DNA of 32,000 nucleotides from Promethearchaeota archaeon (GTDB taxonomy: Archaea; Asgardarchaeota; Heimdallarchaeia; Hodarchaeales; Hodarchaeaceae), in contig JBHLMN010000001.1 of assembly GCA_048938105.1 (NCBI GenBank), positions 237,374 through 269,373 on the forward strand, written 5' to 3'. Each line of letters begins with the position of its first letter. Positions within the stretch are counted from its first letter, which is position 1. The notes beneath the pieces are model-generated. The model made no database searches. It was given only the letters and a program-made list of their open reading frames with translations, and had not been told where the DNA came from. Made by a program: the position numbers and the translations under genes. Shown here one piece after another: positions 1-9,488 of this stretch.

Positions 1-812
1 CTCAATTGCCATTTCTCTTTTCTTGCATGCCAATATCCTTTCAAGATTTTCATTCCTCCTTTACCTGCTAAGATCACTTTCAGTAAAAGAAGAATGGGAT
101 TATAGCCGAAATGATATGTTAAACGTCCATTTCGATAAAGATCTCTCTTAACTACACGAGTAGTAGGACGACTTGTATAAAAGTAAGTTTCATCTATTTG
201 AGGGGTTTTGAATTTTCGAATTTTTGCTTTTGTGTTTATCCAAGTATCCCAAGTGACGTCAGGAAAGAGAGTTTGATCAATCGTTCTTAATAATGATGTT
301 CGGATAACTTTACCTGTGCCCCGAGCATCTTTTCTGCCCACCTTAGCCCCTATATTTATCTGTTCTTGATACTTTTCTGATGCAATACTAACTATAAGAG
401 CACCTGAAGCACAGGCAATATTTGGATTCAACTCCATCTTTTGAGTAATTATTTCATAATATTTTGGGTCTAGTTTGGCATCAACATCTAAAACTGAGAC
501 ATAATCATAATCACAATCCTTTATCTTTACCCATGCCTTTTTTAATCCTTTTCCCAAGGTATCCAAATCGGGTTCTTCTTTCAAAGGCATGCGTAAAGGT
601 TCTATGTTTAATTCAGAGTATTTAACAGCTAATCTTTTTATTTCTCTCAGAACTTTAGGATTTGGTGACCCATCGTCAATAATTATTATTCGTGTGGGTT
701 TAAGGCTTTGTTCATGTAAAGATTGAACAAGGTCTTCCAGCTCATCATATTCATTATAAACTTGTACAAAGACACATACTGTTTTTACATTAGTGGCTGT
801 TATTATCTTCAC
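1..812 (-). CDS. Family-2 (GT-A fold) glycosyltransferase, C-terminus cut by the window edge
   Basis: Absent from the ORF track because it runs off the window. My own minus-strand translation reads (GTG)KIITATNVKTVCVFVQVYNEYDELEDLVQSLHEQSLKPTRIIIIDDGSPNPKVLREIK...DYDYVSVLDVDAKLDPKYY... This shows the GT2 N-terminal pattern (hydrophobic strand-YNE, IIDDGS) and a DxD (DVD). Start assumed at GTG 812, overlapping the upstream gene stop by 23 nt; the start is uncertain. Confidence 0.7.
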   Translation of the reverse strand, partial: MKIITATNVKTVCVFVQVYNEYDELEDLVQSLHEQSLKPTRIIIIDDGSPNPKVLREIKRLAVKYSELNIEPLRMPLKEEPDLDTLGKGLKKAWVKIKDCDYDYVSVLDVDAKLDPKYYEIITQKMELNPNIACASGALIVSIASEKYQEQINIGAKVGRKDARGTGKVIRTSLLRTIDQTLFPDVTWDTWINTKAKIRKFKTPQIDETYFYTSRPTTRVVKRDLYRNGRLTYHFGYNPILLLLKVILAGKGGMKILKGYWHARKEKWQL

Positions 813-1809
813 CTTTCGGGAATATCAGATTTTTTTGTTCATTCTTTAGTGTTTTAATGTTCCAGAAAAGAAAAACCAATCCAATACCGACTCCAAACCA
901 TAAAGTTGTGAATCGAATTAATAAGGTTAATGCTACTGATAAGGTGTACTCAATTTCTAATAAATCTATTACAAAGAATTCTAAACCCCCCTCCATTAAT
1001 CCTAATCCTCCAGGTAGAAAGGATATCGCCCCTAGGATGGATGAAGTAGCATAGATAAATGTAGCCATTTGAAAACTCATAGAAATATTCAGGCTTTGAG
1101 CTATTAACATAAATGCTAAGCACTCACATGACCATCCAATAATACCTAAGATTGTTGCTACCAAAAAAGTCGTATAATGTAAAGTCATCAATACATCTGT
1201 TCGAAATTGATCAATATTCTTGCCAATAAAATCCCAAGGACCAATGCGAAATATCACCGAAAAAACATGATAGAGGGGATCAAACAAAAAAACAACAACA
1301 CTAAACATTACAACCAATAATATCACTAGGATGATTGGTAAATATGCTGATTCAAGCCCTAAGACCAAGATTCCAATTATTGATAATAATGTGACTGCTA
1401 ATAAATCAATTAATCTTTCTGAAAATGTTGAAGCAAGCCCTTTAGAAAGCTCAATATTGTTACTTTTTCTTAAAAGGAACGCTCTTATCGCTTCACCAGC
1501 TTTCGCTGGAGTTATTGCCAAGGAAAGTCCTGCAAAAAACACTTTGAAGTTATACCAGAAAGGAATAGTCAGATTGAGGCTTCTGGTAAATAGATTCCAC
1601 TTTAAAAATCGAAAAAGATAATTAACAAAACTCAATCCTAATGCAATTAGAATAATTGATATAGGTATAAAAGTCAAGTAATTCAACAACTGTTCCCAAT
1701 TACTTACTAAAATTAGAATCAAATAAACTAAAATGCCTAAAATTAGCCCGAAAGAAAAGTTTTTAAAGTTCAATGCTTTCCTTAACTGTATTTCATTCAC
1801 TGACCTCAC
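790..1809 (-). CDS. Polytopic membrane protein, UPF0104 / lysyl-phosphatidylglycerol-synthase-TM-like family
   Basis: 339 aa with many hydrophobic spans. Family-like motifs are LKWNLFTRSL...AITPAKAGEAIRAFLLRK and the C-terminal ISFLPGGLGLMEGGLE. It sits between a GT2 gene and a sugar-nucleotide gene, which is a common context for this family. Confidence 0.6.
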   Translation of the reverse strand: MRSVNEIQLRKALNFKNFSFGLILGILVYLILILVSNWEQLLNYLTFIPISIILIALGLSFVNYLFRFLKWNLFTRSLNLTIPFWYNFKVFFAGLSLAITPAKAGEAIRAFLLRKSNNIELSKGLASTFSERLIDLLAVTLLSIIGILVLGLESAYLPIILVILLVVMFSVVVFLFDPLYHVFSVIFRIGPWDFIGKNIDQFRTDVLMTLHYTTFLVATILGIIGWSCECLAFMLIAQSLNISMSFQMATFIYATSSILGAISFLPGGLGLMEGGLEFFVIDLLEIEYTLSVALTLLIRFTTLWFGVGIGLVFLFWNIKTLKNEQKNLIFPKGEDNNSH

Positions 1810-1858
1810 TAATTCCAGCTCACAGACTTTTTTACCTAAAAGAGAAAGATTTCCGCAA

Positions 1859-2920
1859 TTAATAGACCAATAACTTGTTTAAACGTGGATGATGTGCGAG
1901 TTCTTCTATCACTTGTTTTACATTTCGGGCTTTATGTTTGTGACAAACGAATACACAATCATCGGTATCGATAACTACTAAATTTGAAATTCCTAACGCT
2001 ATTACTGGTTTTTCTCCGAGAATCACACATTTCTTCACATCTATTCCCAGAAAATCTCCTTGAATAATGTTTCCATCGGAATCTGATTCTAAGATGCAGT
2101 CTAAAGAATCCCATGTACCTATATCGTCCCATGGAAAATCTCCTCTCACAACTACTAAATCGGATGTTTTCTCCATAACACCATAATCAATAGAGACTTT
2201 TGGAAGGGATAGAAACACGTTGTACGCTTCCTTTTCATTAAATTCTGACTTCCGTATTTTTTCTAAGGCTTGATAAAGAGTCGGCATATATTCACGAATT
2301 TTTTCATATAGCACAGAAGGTTTAACAATAAACATACCAGAATTCCATAAATACCCCTGTTTAATATATTCTTGGGCTTTAATTTCATCTGGTTTTTCCT
2401 TGAAGCTCTCAACGTTATAAACTGGAATAGGAGTTTGAACAATCTCTTTTCCAGGACTGATGTATCCAAAACGAGTTTCATTACGACTTGGTTTTATTCC
2501 AATCGTTGAAATTTTTCCTTTTTTAGCTAATTGAACCGCGGTTTTTACAACTTCTTTGAAGTGGCTTATATCTGGTAAATGATAATCCGCTCCCATAAAT
2601 AAAATTGCTTCATCTTTATTTTCGTGAAGAAATTGAGCGCAAACATAACCCATACCTGCTGCAGAATCACGACCCATTGGTTCTACTATCATTCTTACTT
2701 GTGGTAGTTGTTCTTGGATAATTGGTAAAAATTCTCTTCGTATAGACACTGATGTGTTCTTCTCTCCGGCAATTTGACAAGCAATCTTGAAAGTTCGTTG
2801 AATCAAAGATTCTTTTCCATCAAGAGAGATGAATTGTTTAGGTTTATTCTTACGTGATTTTGGCCATAACCGCTCTCCTCCTCCCCCAGCTAAAATTACT
2901 ATATAAACCACTGGTTTCAC
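1859..2920 (-). CDS. manC: Mannose-1-phosphate guanylyltransferase (NTP-transferase type, no C-terminal PMI/cupin domain)
   Basis: N-terminal IVILAGGGGERLWPKSRKNKPKQFISL matches the GDP-mannose pyrophosphorylase signature (LAGGxGxRLWPxSRxxxPKQF). GIKPSRNETRFGYI is also present. 353 aa. Confidence 0.78.
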   Translation of the reverse strand: MKPVVYIVILAGGGGERLWPKSRKNKPKQFISLDGKESLIQRTFKIACQIAGEKNTSVSIRREFLPIIQEQLPQVRMIVEPMGRDSAAGMGYVCAQFLHENKDEAILFMGADYHLPDISHFKEVVKTAVQLAKKGKISTIGIKPSRNETRFGYISPGKEIVQTPIPVYNVESFKEKPDEIKAQEYIKQGYLWNSGMFIVKPSVLYEKIREYMPTLYQALEKIRKSEFNEKEAYNVFLSLPKVSIDYGVMEKTSDLVVVRGDFPWDDIGTWDSLDCILESDSDGNIIQGDFLGIDVKKCVILGEKPVIALGISNLVVIDTDDCVFVCHKHKARNVKQVIEELAHHPRLNKLLVY

Positions 2921-3034
2921 CTTATTCTTACAGAAATGTCAGATATTTTCCTTTCTTTTTTTAAAATTGCCATTGAATTCATTGAGAGCTAATCAATATT
3001 TTGATCACTCCAATTTTACTCCTCAAGCTAATTT

Positions 3035-3409
3035 TCAAAGAATATGAAGATTTACTAGTCGGATCAGCTCTTTAGAACTAAAAGGTTTAGTGATATATTC
3101 AACAGCTCCAGCTTGTAGTCCTAATTCTATATCATGACTTAGAACCTTGGCAGAAAAAATGATAATTGGAATATGTTTGTATTTTTCATCCTTCTTCAGA
3201 TGGTGACATACATCAAGTCCAGATAATCCGCCAGGCATTTTAATGTCTAATAATATTAAATTAGGCATCTTCTGAACTTCTTTAAGGGCTTCTTTTCCAT
3301 TTGATGCTTCCCAAATTTCGAATCCTTCATATTCTAAAATTGTACGGAGTAGCCCGAGTGTATCGACTTCATCATCGACGACTAAAATGCTCTTTTTTCC
3401 GCTAGGCAT
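3035..3409 (-). CDS. Stand-alone CheY-like response regulator receiver domain
   Basis: Receiver motifs: SILVVDDEVD (acidic pocket), LILLDIKMPGGLSGLD (phospho-acceptor Asp), IPIIIFSAK, EYITKPFS (conserved Lys). The track ORF extends to 3514, but its first 35 codons are low-complexity hydrophobic. I place the start at ATG 3409 (MPSGKKSILVVDDE). Confidence 0.85.
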   Translation of the reverse strand: MPSGKKSILVVDDEVDTLGLLRTILEYEGFEIWEASNGKEALKEVQKMPNLILLDIKMPGGLSGLDVCHHLKKDEKYKHIPIIIFSAKVLSHDIELGLQAGAVEYITKPFSSKELIRLVNLHIL

Positions 3410-3602
3410 TGTTAAAAACCGAATTGAGTATTTTTTTCGGAAACACGAGTAAATATAATTCACTTTTAAAAAGGGTATATACATAATATCAAAGCTTAGG
3501 AATCTCAAACTCAACTAAGAGGAGGTGTTTGAAGAGATTATTTCACTCTTGCATCGTTATTCTATTAAGCTTTATAGAAAATAGCGAATTAAAACCTTGA
3601 AA

Positions 3603-3617
3603 TTGAACTCAGTTCAA
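3603..3617. promoter_or_regulatory. Perfect 7-bp inverted repeat TTGAACT-C-AGTTCAA in the cofH / receiver intergenic region
   Basis: Read directly from the sequence. It lies about 195 bp upstream of the receiver start and about 215 bp downstream of the cofH stop. The 1-nt spacer makes a DNA-binding site more likely than an RNA hairpin. Function unknown. Confidence 0.25.
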
Positions 3618-3832
3618 CTCCTAGCTGACAGAGCTGAAGAAATAGTACCTATGGATTAAAAAAAACAGGAATGACCTGAATAGTTTTCTTTTAAAAGGTT
3701 GATTTCTTAGATGGTTATAAAAAAGTGTCTGATTTTTTCTTGATCAATAGTTACTCCTCAGGAAAAACCTAGCTATTCTGAAAGTCATCAAAAGGGATAT
3801 TACTTGACTAAAAAAGATGTTGTGTAGATATG

Positions 3833-4993
3833 TTAACAGAGAAGATTATATAATGTCCCACGTTCACATGAAGTTCTTTGAAGTTGATGAATACTCATCT
3901 GAAATTTTTCAGGAGTAGCAAGCTGTCCAAATACTCCACCAGCAGAACGAGTGATATTTTCCTCAAATAATGTTCCGCCAAAATCATTACAACCAGTTGT
4001 TAATGTGATTTGAGCCATTGGAAACCCTAATTTTACCCAAGACGTTTGAATGTTCTTAAATAAATCTCCTAAATACAATCTGGAGACAGCATAGAATTTT
4101 ATATAGTCCAAACTACTTAATTCATGAAAAGAATGAGTCTGCTTTAATTGTGTATTTTCCGCAATGAATGGGAGAGGAATGAATTCTGTAAAACCATTGG
4201 TTTTTTCCTGTATCATTCGTAATATTGAGAGATGACGAACCCAATGATGATAATTTTCAATATGACCAAAAAGAATTGTGGCTGTTGTAGGAATCCCCAG
4301 CTGATGAGATAATTCTATAGTATGAATCCATTCAGAACTACTCAATTTATGAGGACATATGATTTTTCGAATATTATCATCTAGAATCTCGGCTGCTGTT
4401 CCAGGTACGGATCCTAGTCCCTGTTTTTTGAATTCCAGCAAAACATCTTCAACATCTTCTTCTATAGAATTAGCTGCATGAGTAATTTCTTGAGGAGAAA
4501 ACGCATGAATATGAAGAGTAGGATCAATCTCTTTCAGATTCTGAAGGATTTCAATGTATGCATTAAAATTCACTGCAGGATGAATCCCTCCTTGAACACA
4601 GACCTCTGTTATGTGATAAGGATAGGTCTCCTCAATTTTTTTTCTGAGGCCCTCCATTGAAATATCGAAATATCCATCTTTTGAATTAGGAGGTACAGAA
4701 TATGCACAAAACAAACAGTTATTTGAACATACATTAGTAAAGTTAATATTACGGTTAACAACATATGTTACTATAGATCCTACCTGACGTTCCCTTATTA
4801 TGTCAGCTACCTGACCTAAAAGATGAATTTCATGTCCCTGTGCTGAAAGTAAAATGTATAATTGTTCAACTGTAGGAATCTCATCGTTAAGTATTTGTTT
4901 CAATACATTACGGAGTTCTCTTCTAGCTTTTCTTAGATCAAGCTCCTCCTGATCAGCTAGTTTCGCCGTTTTACTTAACCATCCTTGTCTCAA
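3833..4993 (-). CDS. cofH: FO synthase subunit 2 (7,8-didemethyl-8-hydroxy-5-deazariboflavin synthase, radical SAM) CofH
   Basis: VTYVVNRNINFTNVCSNNCLFCAY is the CofH-type radical-SAM CxxxCxxC cluster region. 386 aa. It overlaps the stop of cofG by 23 nt. cofD and cofC in the same window support F420 rather than the futalosine (MqnC/E) pathway. Confidence 0.85.
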   Translation of the reverse strand: MRQGWLSKTAKLADQEELDLRKARRELRNVLKQILNDEIPTVEQLYILLSAQGHEIHLLGQVADIIRERQVGSIVTYVVNRNINFTNVCSNNCLFCAYSVPPNSKDGYFDISMEGLRKKIEETYPYHITEVCVQGGIHPAVNFNAYIEILQNLKEIDPTLHIHAFSPQEITHAANSIEEDVEDVLLEFKKQGLGSVPGTAAEILDDNIRKIICPHKLSSSEWIHTIELSHQLGIPTTATILFGHIENYHHWVRHLSILRMIQEKTNGFTEFIPLPFIAENTQLKQTHSFHELSSLDYIKFYAVSRLYLGDLFKNIQTSWVKLGFPMAQITLTTGCNDFGGTLFEENITRSAGGVFGQLATPEKFQMSIHQLQRTSCERGTLYNLLC

Positions 4994-6119
4994 GTTTCTT
5001 AACAGAAGCTATCTTATATACTTGCGGTGAGAGCCACTCTAAATTAATGTAGCGAGGGTATACTGGAAGTCTCTCCTGCAATTGATACCCACCTTTTCGT
5101 GTAATCCGCTCTAGTTGAAAAAACGAAGGCCAATTATGATCTGGATTTATGAAATCAACAGACATAGAAGAAATTCCTCCCCAATCAGACATTCCTGATC
5201 CTATAAAACGATGTTCATGACTTTTCACAAGATTTGGGGGGATTTGAATCGAAATTTCTGACGGGAGGATATGACGTGCAATGATGAGGATTTTTTCCAT
5301 CAAATCTATTGATGGGGGAGGAAAGTTCGCCATAACACTATCTTTATGAGGTTGAAAATTCTGAATAATCACTTCCTGAAGGTGTCGATACTTCTGATGA
5401 ACCTTTTTCAAAGCAAATAAACTTCTTATTATTTCTTCTTGAGTTTCACCAATTCCAATTAAAATCCCACTTGTAAATGGGATTTTCAGTTTTCCTGCAT
5501 TTTTAATGGTTGACATCCTTTTTTTGGGGTGTTTATCAGGAGAATGTTCATGGGGGAAACCCCTATGTGTCAATCTTGAACTTATTGTTTCAAGCATCAG
5601 CCCTATACTGGCTGATACCTCATGTAAATATCTAAGTTCATCAAAAGCCAATGTTCCACTATTTATATGGGGTAATAACTCGTATTTCAAAGCTTTTTCA
5701 GCGATGAAGTAGGTATATTCTACTGTTGTATCAAATCCATGATTAGACAGCCATTTCCTTGCAGAAAAATATTTTTTCTCAGGTTTATCTCCATTTGTAA
5801 TGAGTACTTCGGACACCTTATGATCTCTAGCAGCGGATAGAATCTTCTCTATCTTTTCTAATGTTAAGAATTCTTGGCCTAGAGGAACCTTAGAGCGACG
5901 AAATCCACAATAATGACATGTATTCCGACAAAGAAACGTCAAAGGAATGAAGACATTATTCGAGAATGTAATTTTGTTTTGATAAACACTTGAAGCAATA
6001 GATCTTGCAGATTGTTTCCAAAGATTTATTTCATCTGGATTATTTTGATGTAAAAATTCTAGTGCATGGTCAATAGTTATTGATTCAGGAGGACTAAGTG
6101 AGGAAGAATTGTGTACCAA
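4971..6119 (-). CDS. cofG: FO synthase subunit 1 (radical SAM) CofG
   Basis: ITFSNNVFIPLTFLCRNTCHYCGFRR is the CofG-type cluster motif (NVFIPLTxxCRNxCxYCGF). 382 aa, immediately upstream of and overlapping cofH. Confidence 0.85.
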   Translation of the reverse strand: MVHNSSSLSPPESITIDHALEFLHQNNPDEINLWKQSARSIASSVYQNKITFSNNVFIPLTFLCRNTCHYCGFRRSKVPLGQEFLTLEKIEKILSAARDHKVSEVLITNGDKPEKKYFSARKWLSNHGFDTTVEYTYFIAEKALKYELLPHINSGTLAFDELRYLHEVSASIGLMLETISSRLTHRGFPHEHSPDKHPKKRMSTIKNAGKLKIPFTSGILIGIGETQEEIIRSLFALKKVHQKYRHLQEVIIQNFQPHKDSVMANFPPPSIDLMEKILIIARHILPSEISIQIPPNLVKSHEHRFIGSGMSDWGGISSMSVDFINPDHNWPSFFQLERITRKGGYQLQERLPVYPRYINLEWLSPQVYKIASVKKLETRMVK

Positions 6120-6271
6120 AACAATGCCTCTACTTGTTAAGATGAAATTGGGCTATTAAAACAGATATACTAATTTTATTTCAATTTTATTGTTTTAATT
6201 TACTACATTCAAATATTGCTTCAATTACATAGACGAATTTACTCTCATTTACATTGTGGGAATCATCATTC

Positions 6272-6874
6272 TCATTTGAGTCTGTCAAAAATGTAGATAC
6301 CAGCAGAAATCAGTCCTTTTCTATGAAAAATAGGAGCTCCAAAAATAGGATAGTTGATTGTGAACACTTTACATGAATATTTCAATCCCTTGAATATACA
6401 TATTTCAGATGGGTAGAATTCATAGTAATGACCTTGAAAAATGAAATTATCAACCCCACGTAACATTCGACGAAGAAAATTAAAAATTGGACGAATAAAA
6501 CGATTTTTCGTTGTTGGTACAATAATGATAACCCGACGGTTTGCTGTTCTTAACATATCCTTAATAACTGCTGAATAATTTTTGATATGTTCAATGACAT
6601 CAAAAGATACAACATATTCAATTGATTGATCTGCAAACGGAATATGCGATGCACTAGCTTTGATTGCATTCTTTCGTCGCCCAGGATGGATATCAATTCC
6701 AATTACTTCTTTATATTTCTGCTTTAAACGATTATGGCAATAAAGGTGACCTGTAACATCAATATCTCCGCAGCCGACATCTAATACACGGCCTGATCCT
6801 TTAGGAATAAGCTGTTCAACAATATCCATTTTATTCATGCAATATCGGAGATAAATATCAGGAATATAACTCAC
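6272..6874 (-). CDS. Class I SAM-dependent methyltransferase
   Basis: Motif I VLDVGCGD, then IGIDIHP, then FADQSIEYVVSFDVIEHI (Methyltransf_11-like layout). Substrate unknown. Confidence 0.7.
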   Translation of the reverse strand: MSYIPDIYLRYCMNKMDIVEQLIPKGSGRVLDVGCGDIDVTGHLYCHNRLKQKYKEVIGIDIHPGRRKNAIKASASHIPFADQSIEYVVSFDVIEHIKNYSAVIKDMLRTANRRVIIIVPTTKNRFIRPIFNFLRRMLRGVDNFIFQGHYYEFYPSEICIFKGLKYSCKVFTINYPIFGAPIFHRKGLISAGIYIFDRLK

Positions 6875-7134
6875 CTTTTTTAGATTCAGTATAGGATTAT
6901 TACGAACAAACAGAGTTTAATAATTGTCGGATTTAGTTCATAAAGAAGAAGTCTAATTGAGATATTGTCTGATTTAAGCCTCTGAAAAGTAATAAAGTCA
7001 TCGTCATTGAAGTTTATTGCAGTTTAAAGATGATGATAAAAAAAGTTATTTGTAAAGGGACATTGAAATTTCTATCAAATGATTACCACAAACAGCGGTA
7101 GTTATAATTGATATAGTCTCAATATAATTAAAAG

Positions 7135-7142
7135 AAGGAGGT
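7135..7142 (+). promoter_or_regulatory. Shine-Dalgarno sequence AAGGAGGT for priL
   Basis: AAGGAGGT is followed by a 4-nt spacer (AATC) and ATG 7147. Similar SD-like motifs precede cofD (AAGGAG 14091-14096), the 226-aa gene (AGGAG 25028-25032), and NTPase gene 2 and the nuclease gene. Confidence 0.55.
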
Positions 7143-7146
7143 AATC

Positions 7147-8478
7147 ATGTCCCTACCAGACTGGTTCATTTTACAATCTCCGCCTGACCTCGATATTGAT
7201 GTCAATCAGTGGAAGCAATTAGCATGGGATCGAGTCAAACTTCTCGAACAATTACCCCAAAATCCTTCGCAAATTATGCGAGATCGTTTCCCAATATATG
7301 ATGATGCATTGAACCAGATATACAATGATTACCGTTTAGGGGCATATTTACTTCGGTTAGTAGCTGCCACTAATCGCCGTTTAGAAGCATGGTTTATAGA
7401 GGCAGAGGGAGATTTATTTGAACGATTATATTTTGATCGGACATCGTCGGAAGACAAACGAGCCATTTTCAAGTATTTATTCGGTTCAGAGAATGTTATG
7501 GAATATGAAGAGTATAAGTACAAAATGGATGAAAAACGAAATGAAAATTTAGCAGAGCTATATAATCAATATCATTCATCCCGAGGAAGAACAACAAGTG
7601 ACTTCTTAATATGTGTTCATTTTTCACAGATCCCGTGGATGGTTTCGAATCGTAGAGGTTATCTTCGTAAGGGATGGGTCATCTCAAACGAGGTTTCTTA
7701 TCGGGGAAGCCTTAAAAAAGCCTTTGAAAAAAAGCTTCAAAATAAAATTGAAGAAGCTCAAGATTTACTAGGAGTCAACGAGAATATAGACCAAATAGTT
7801 CAGGAAATTGAGCAAAAACTAGCTAAACATACCCAAATTCGTTCACAATTTTCCTCTACTGAATTTGAAGGTAAAGATTTACAATCACATCCAGAAGTTT
7901 TCCCCCCGTGTATGATATTCTTATACTCTGAATTCGAGAAAACTGGTCGTTTGATACATACCCATCGGCTTCAATTAGGTTTTTTTCTGAAGAAAATAGG
8001 AATGTCTGTTGATGATCAATTGCATTACTGGTTTGAAAAGTCTGTAGACAACCTGAATATAAGTTATGCGGAATTTCAACGAACAGCAGGATACCAAATA
8101 CGTCATTTGTATGGACTGGAAGGTGGAAAAAAAGATTATGATGTTCCAAAGTGTTCTACCATAGCCACCAGTTACTTCTGTCCATTTGTTCACTTAGATC
8201 CAGGAATATTAATAGAATTTCTTAGTAATAATTATCTAACACATAAGAAATCAGTAGCTCCTTCGAAAAAACAATTAGAAAAGATCGTTTCTACTAGTAG
8301 TCGTGACCCAACCTTAGCCTGCAAAGACTACTTTCCTTTTATTTATAAAAAAAGCTTGTATAGGAAAATCGTTCATCCGTTACAATGGGCTAGGTATGCC
8401 AGTAAATTTGAAGGATTAATAGTAGAACAGGATGAAACTAATTCTTCAATGATAATTGAGGCGGAAACAGATCAGTGA
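7147..8478 (+). CDS. priL: DNA primase large (regulatory) subunit PriL
   Basis: The C-terminal Fe-S domain pattern resembles eukaryotic/archaeal Pri2: EVFPPCM ... FQRTAGYQIRHLYGLEGGKKDYDVPKCSTIATSYFCPF. It overlaps the priS start by 4 nt (GTGA). Confidence 0.85.
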   Translation: MSLPDWFILQSPPDLDIDVNQWKQLAWDRVKLLEQLPQNPSQIMRDRFPIYDDALNQIYNDYRLGAYLLRLVAATNRRLEAWFIEAEGDLFERLYFDRTSSEDKRAIFKYLFGSENVMEYEEYKYKMDEKRNENLAELYNQYHSSRGRTTSDFLICVHFSQIPWMVSNRRGYLRKGWVISNEVSYRGSLKKAFEKKLQNKIEEAQDLLGVNENIDQIVQEIEQKLAKHTQIRSQFSSTEFEGKDLQSHPEVFPPCMIFLYSEFEKTGRLIHTHRLQLGFFLKKIGMSVDDQLHYWFEKSVDNLNISYAEFQRTAGYQIRHLYGLEGGKKDYDVPKCSTIATSYFCPFVHLDPGILIEFLSNNYLTHKKSVAPSKKQLEKIVSTSSRDPTLACKDYFPFIYKKSLYRKIVHPLQWARYASKFEGLIVEQDETNSSMIIEAETDQ

Positions 8479-9458
8479 ATCGAACTAATCAAAGAACCAC
8501 CCTTCGGGATTATTATTCTACAAATTTCAACATAGATGGGCTTGCATCGATTATTGACTTCTCAACTTTTTCAACCCGTGAATTCGGTTTCGCTACTCTT
8601 GGAGGGAAGTTTTTTCGAAACATTTCATTTGAAAATCCTAAAGCATTGATTGACTTCTTGGTGGATCGAACGCCATATCATGCTTACGTTGGAGCTGTGT
8701 ATAATGATCCACCTTCTCGGGAAACGCCTATTCATACCCTAGAATGGCTAGGGCATGAACTTGTCTTTGATATCGACCTGAATGAATATGATGCTGTACG
8801 TCAATATGTTTGTGAATGTCAAGGTGCTGATCAGGTGTGTTTGCGTTGTTGGCAATTAATAAATCTCGCAGTCTATATTATTGATGAAACATTACGACTG
8901 GATTTCGGGATGAAAGACATTAAATGGATTTTTTCTGGGCGACGGGGAGTACATGGATGGGTTATTGATGATTCAACTTTTTCATTAGATCAAGAACAAC
9001 GAATGTCTATAATAAATTACCTATCAGTTATCCACGGAGAAGCAGAGAAAGCTCGAATTCAGGATCGTACAAAATTACAATATGATTTTCGCTACCGAAT
9101 TGAACACACTGTTTTTAAGTATTTCCTTGAGAATATCAGACGAAAAGACCTCATAGATCTGGGTTTCAGCTCTTCTGTTGCATCCAATATCATAAAGCAA
9201 TTAGAACACCAAAACGGACAGATTGATGAGAATTTATTAAGAAATTTCAATCTTCGGGTTGCAAAAATAAATAAATACGATGAAATCCTACGACGATGGG
9301 TACCACGCATAGATCACAAAGTTTCTATCGATTTACGACGATTACTTCGATTACCCAACTCCATCCACGGGAAAACTGGTAAAGTGGCACGAATTTTAGA
9401 TCCTAGTAAAATATTCTCCTTTAATCCTGATGAGGAACCTTCAATCTTCTCTAGTTAA
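8475..9458 (+). CDS. priS: DNA primase small (catalytic) subunit PriS
   Basis: AEP catalytic motifs ELVFDIDLNEYD (DxD), SGRRGVHGWV and RLLRLPNSIHGKTG, plus the zinc motif CECQGADQVCLRCW. GTG start. Confidence 0.9.
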   Translation: MNRTNQRTTLRDYYSTNFNIDGLASIIDFSTFSTREFGFATLGGKFFRNISFENPKALIDFLVDRTPYHAYVGAVYNDPPSRETPIHTLEWLGHELVFDIDLNEYDAVRQYVCECQGADQVCLRCWQLINLAVYIIDETLRLDFGMKDIKWIFSGRRGVHGWVIDDSTFSLDQEQRMSIINYLSVIHGEAEKARIQDRTKLQYDFRYRIEHTVFKYFLENIRRKDLIDLGFSSSVASNIIKQLEHQNGQIDENLLRNFNLRVAKINKYDEILRRWVPRIDHKVSIDLRRLLRLPNSIHGKTGKVARILDPSKIFSFNPDEEPSIFSS

Positions 9459-9488
9459 AGCTTCGTATAAGAACTGCTTGCTATTGAC

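Noticed and set aside
857-1621. Plus-strand ORFs 857-1054 and 1331-1621. The same class of ORFs also occurs at 2263-2481, 4478-4660, 5506-5712, 7329-7523, 7856-8193, 9092-9310, 12400-12594, 16893-17120, 18401-18604, 21963-22148 and 23173-23382.
   Set aside because: Each lies entirely inside a longer ORF with clear family motifs, on the opposite strand or in another frame. Their translations are low-complexity and typical of shadow frames in AT-rich DNA.
3410-3514. N-terminal extensions of track ORFs: the receiver domain to 3514, tnpA to 12128, and the nuclease to 26933.
   Set aside because: The extensions add hydrophobic or odd residues ahead of well-defined domain starts. Internal ATGs at 3409, 12101 and 26882 give canonical N-termini. 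26882 also has an SD-like GAGGGG and avoids a 62-nt overlap.
7029-7085. GATGATGA ... AATGATTA upstream of priL, considered as another C/D-box candidate.
   Set aside because: There are no CTGA D or D' boxes at the required spacing.
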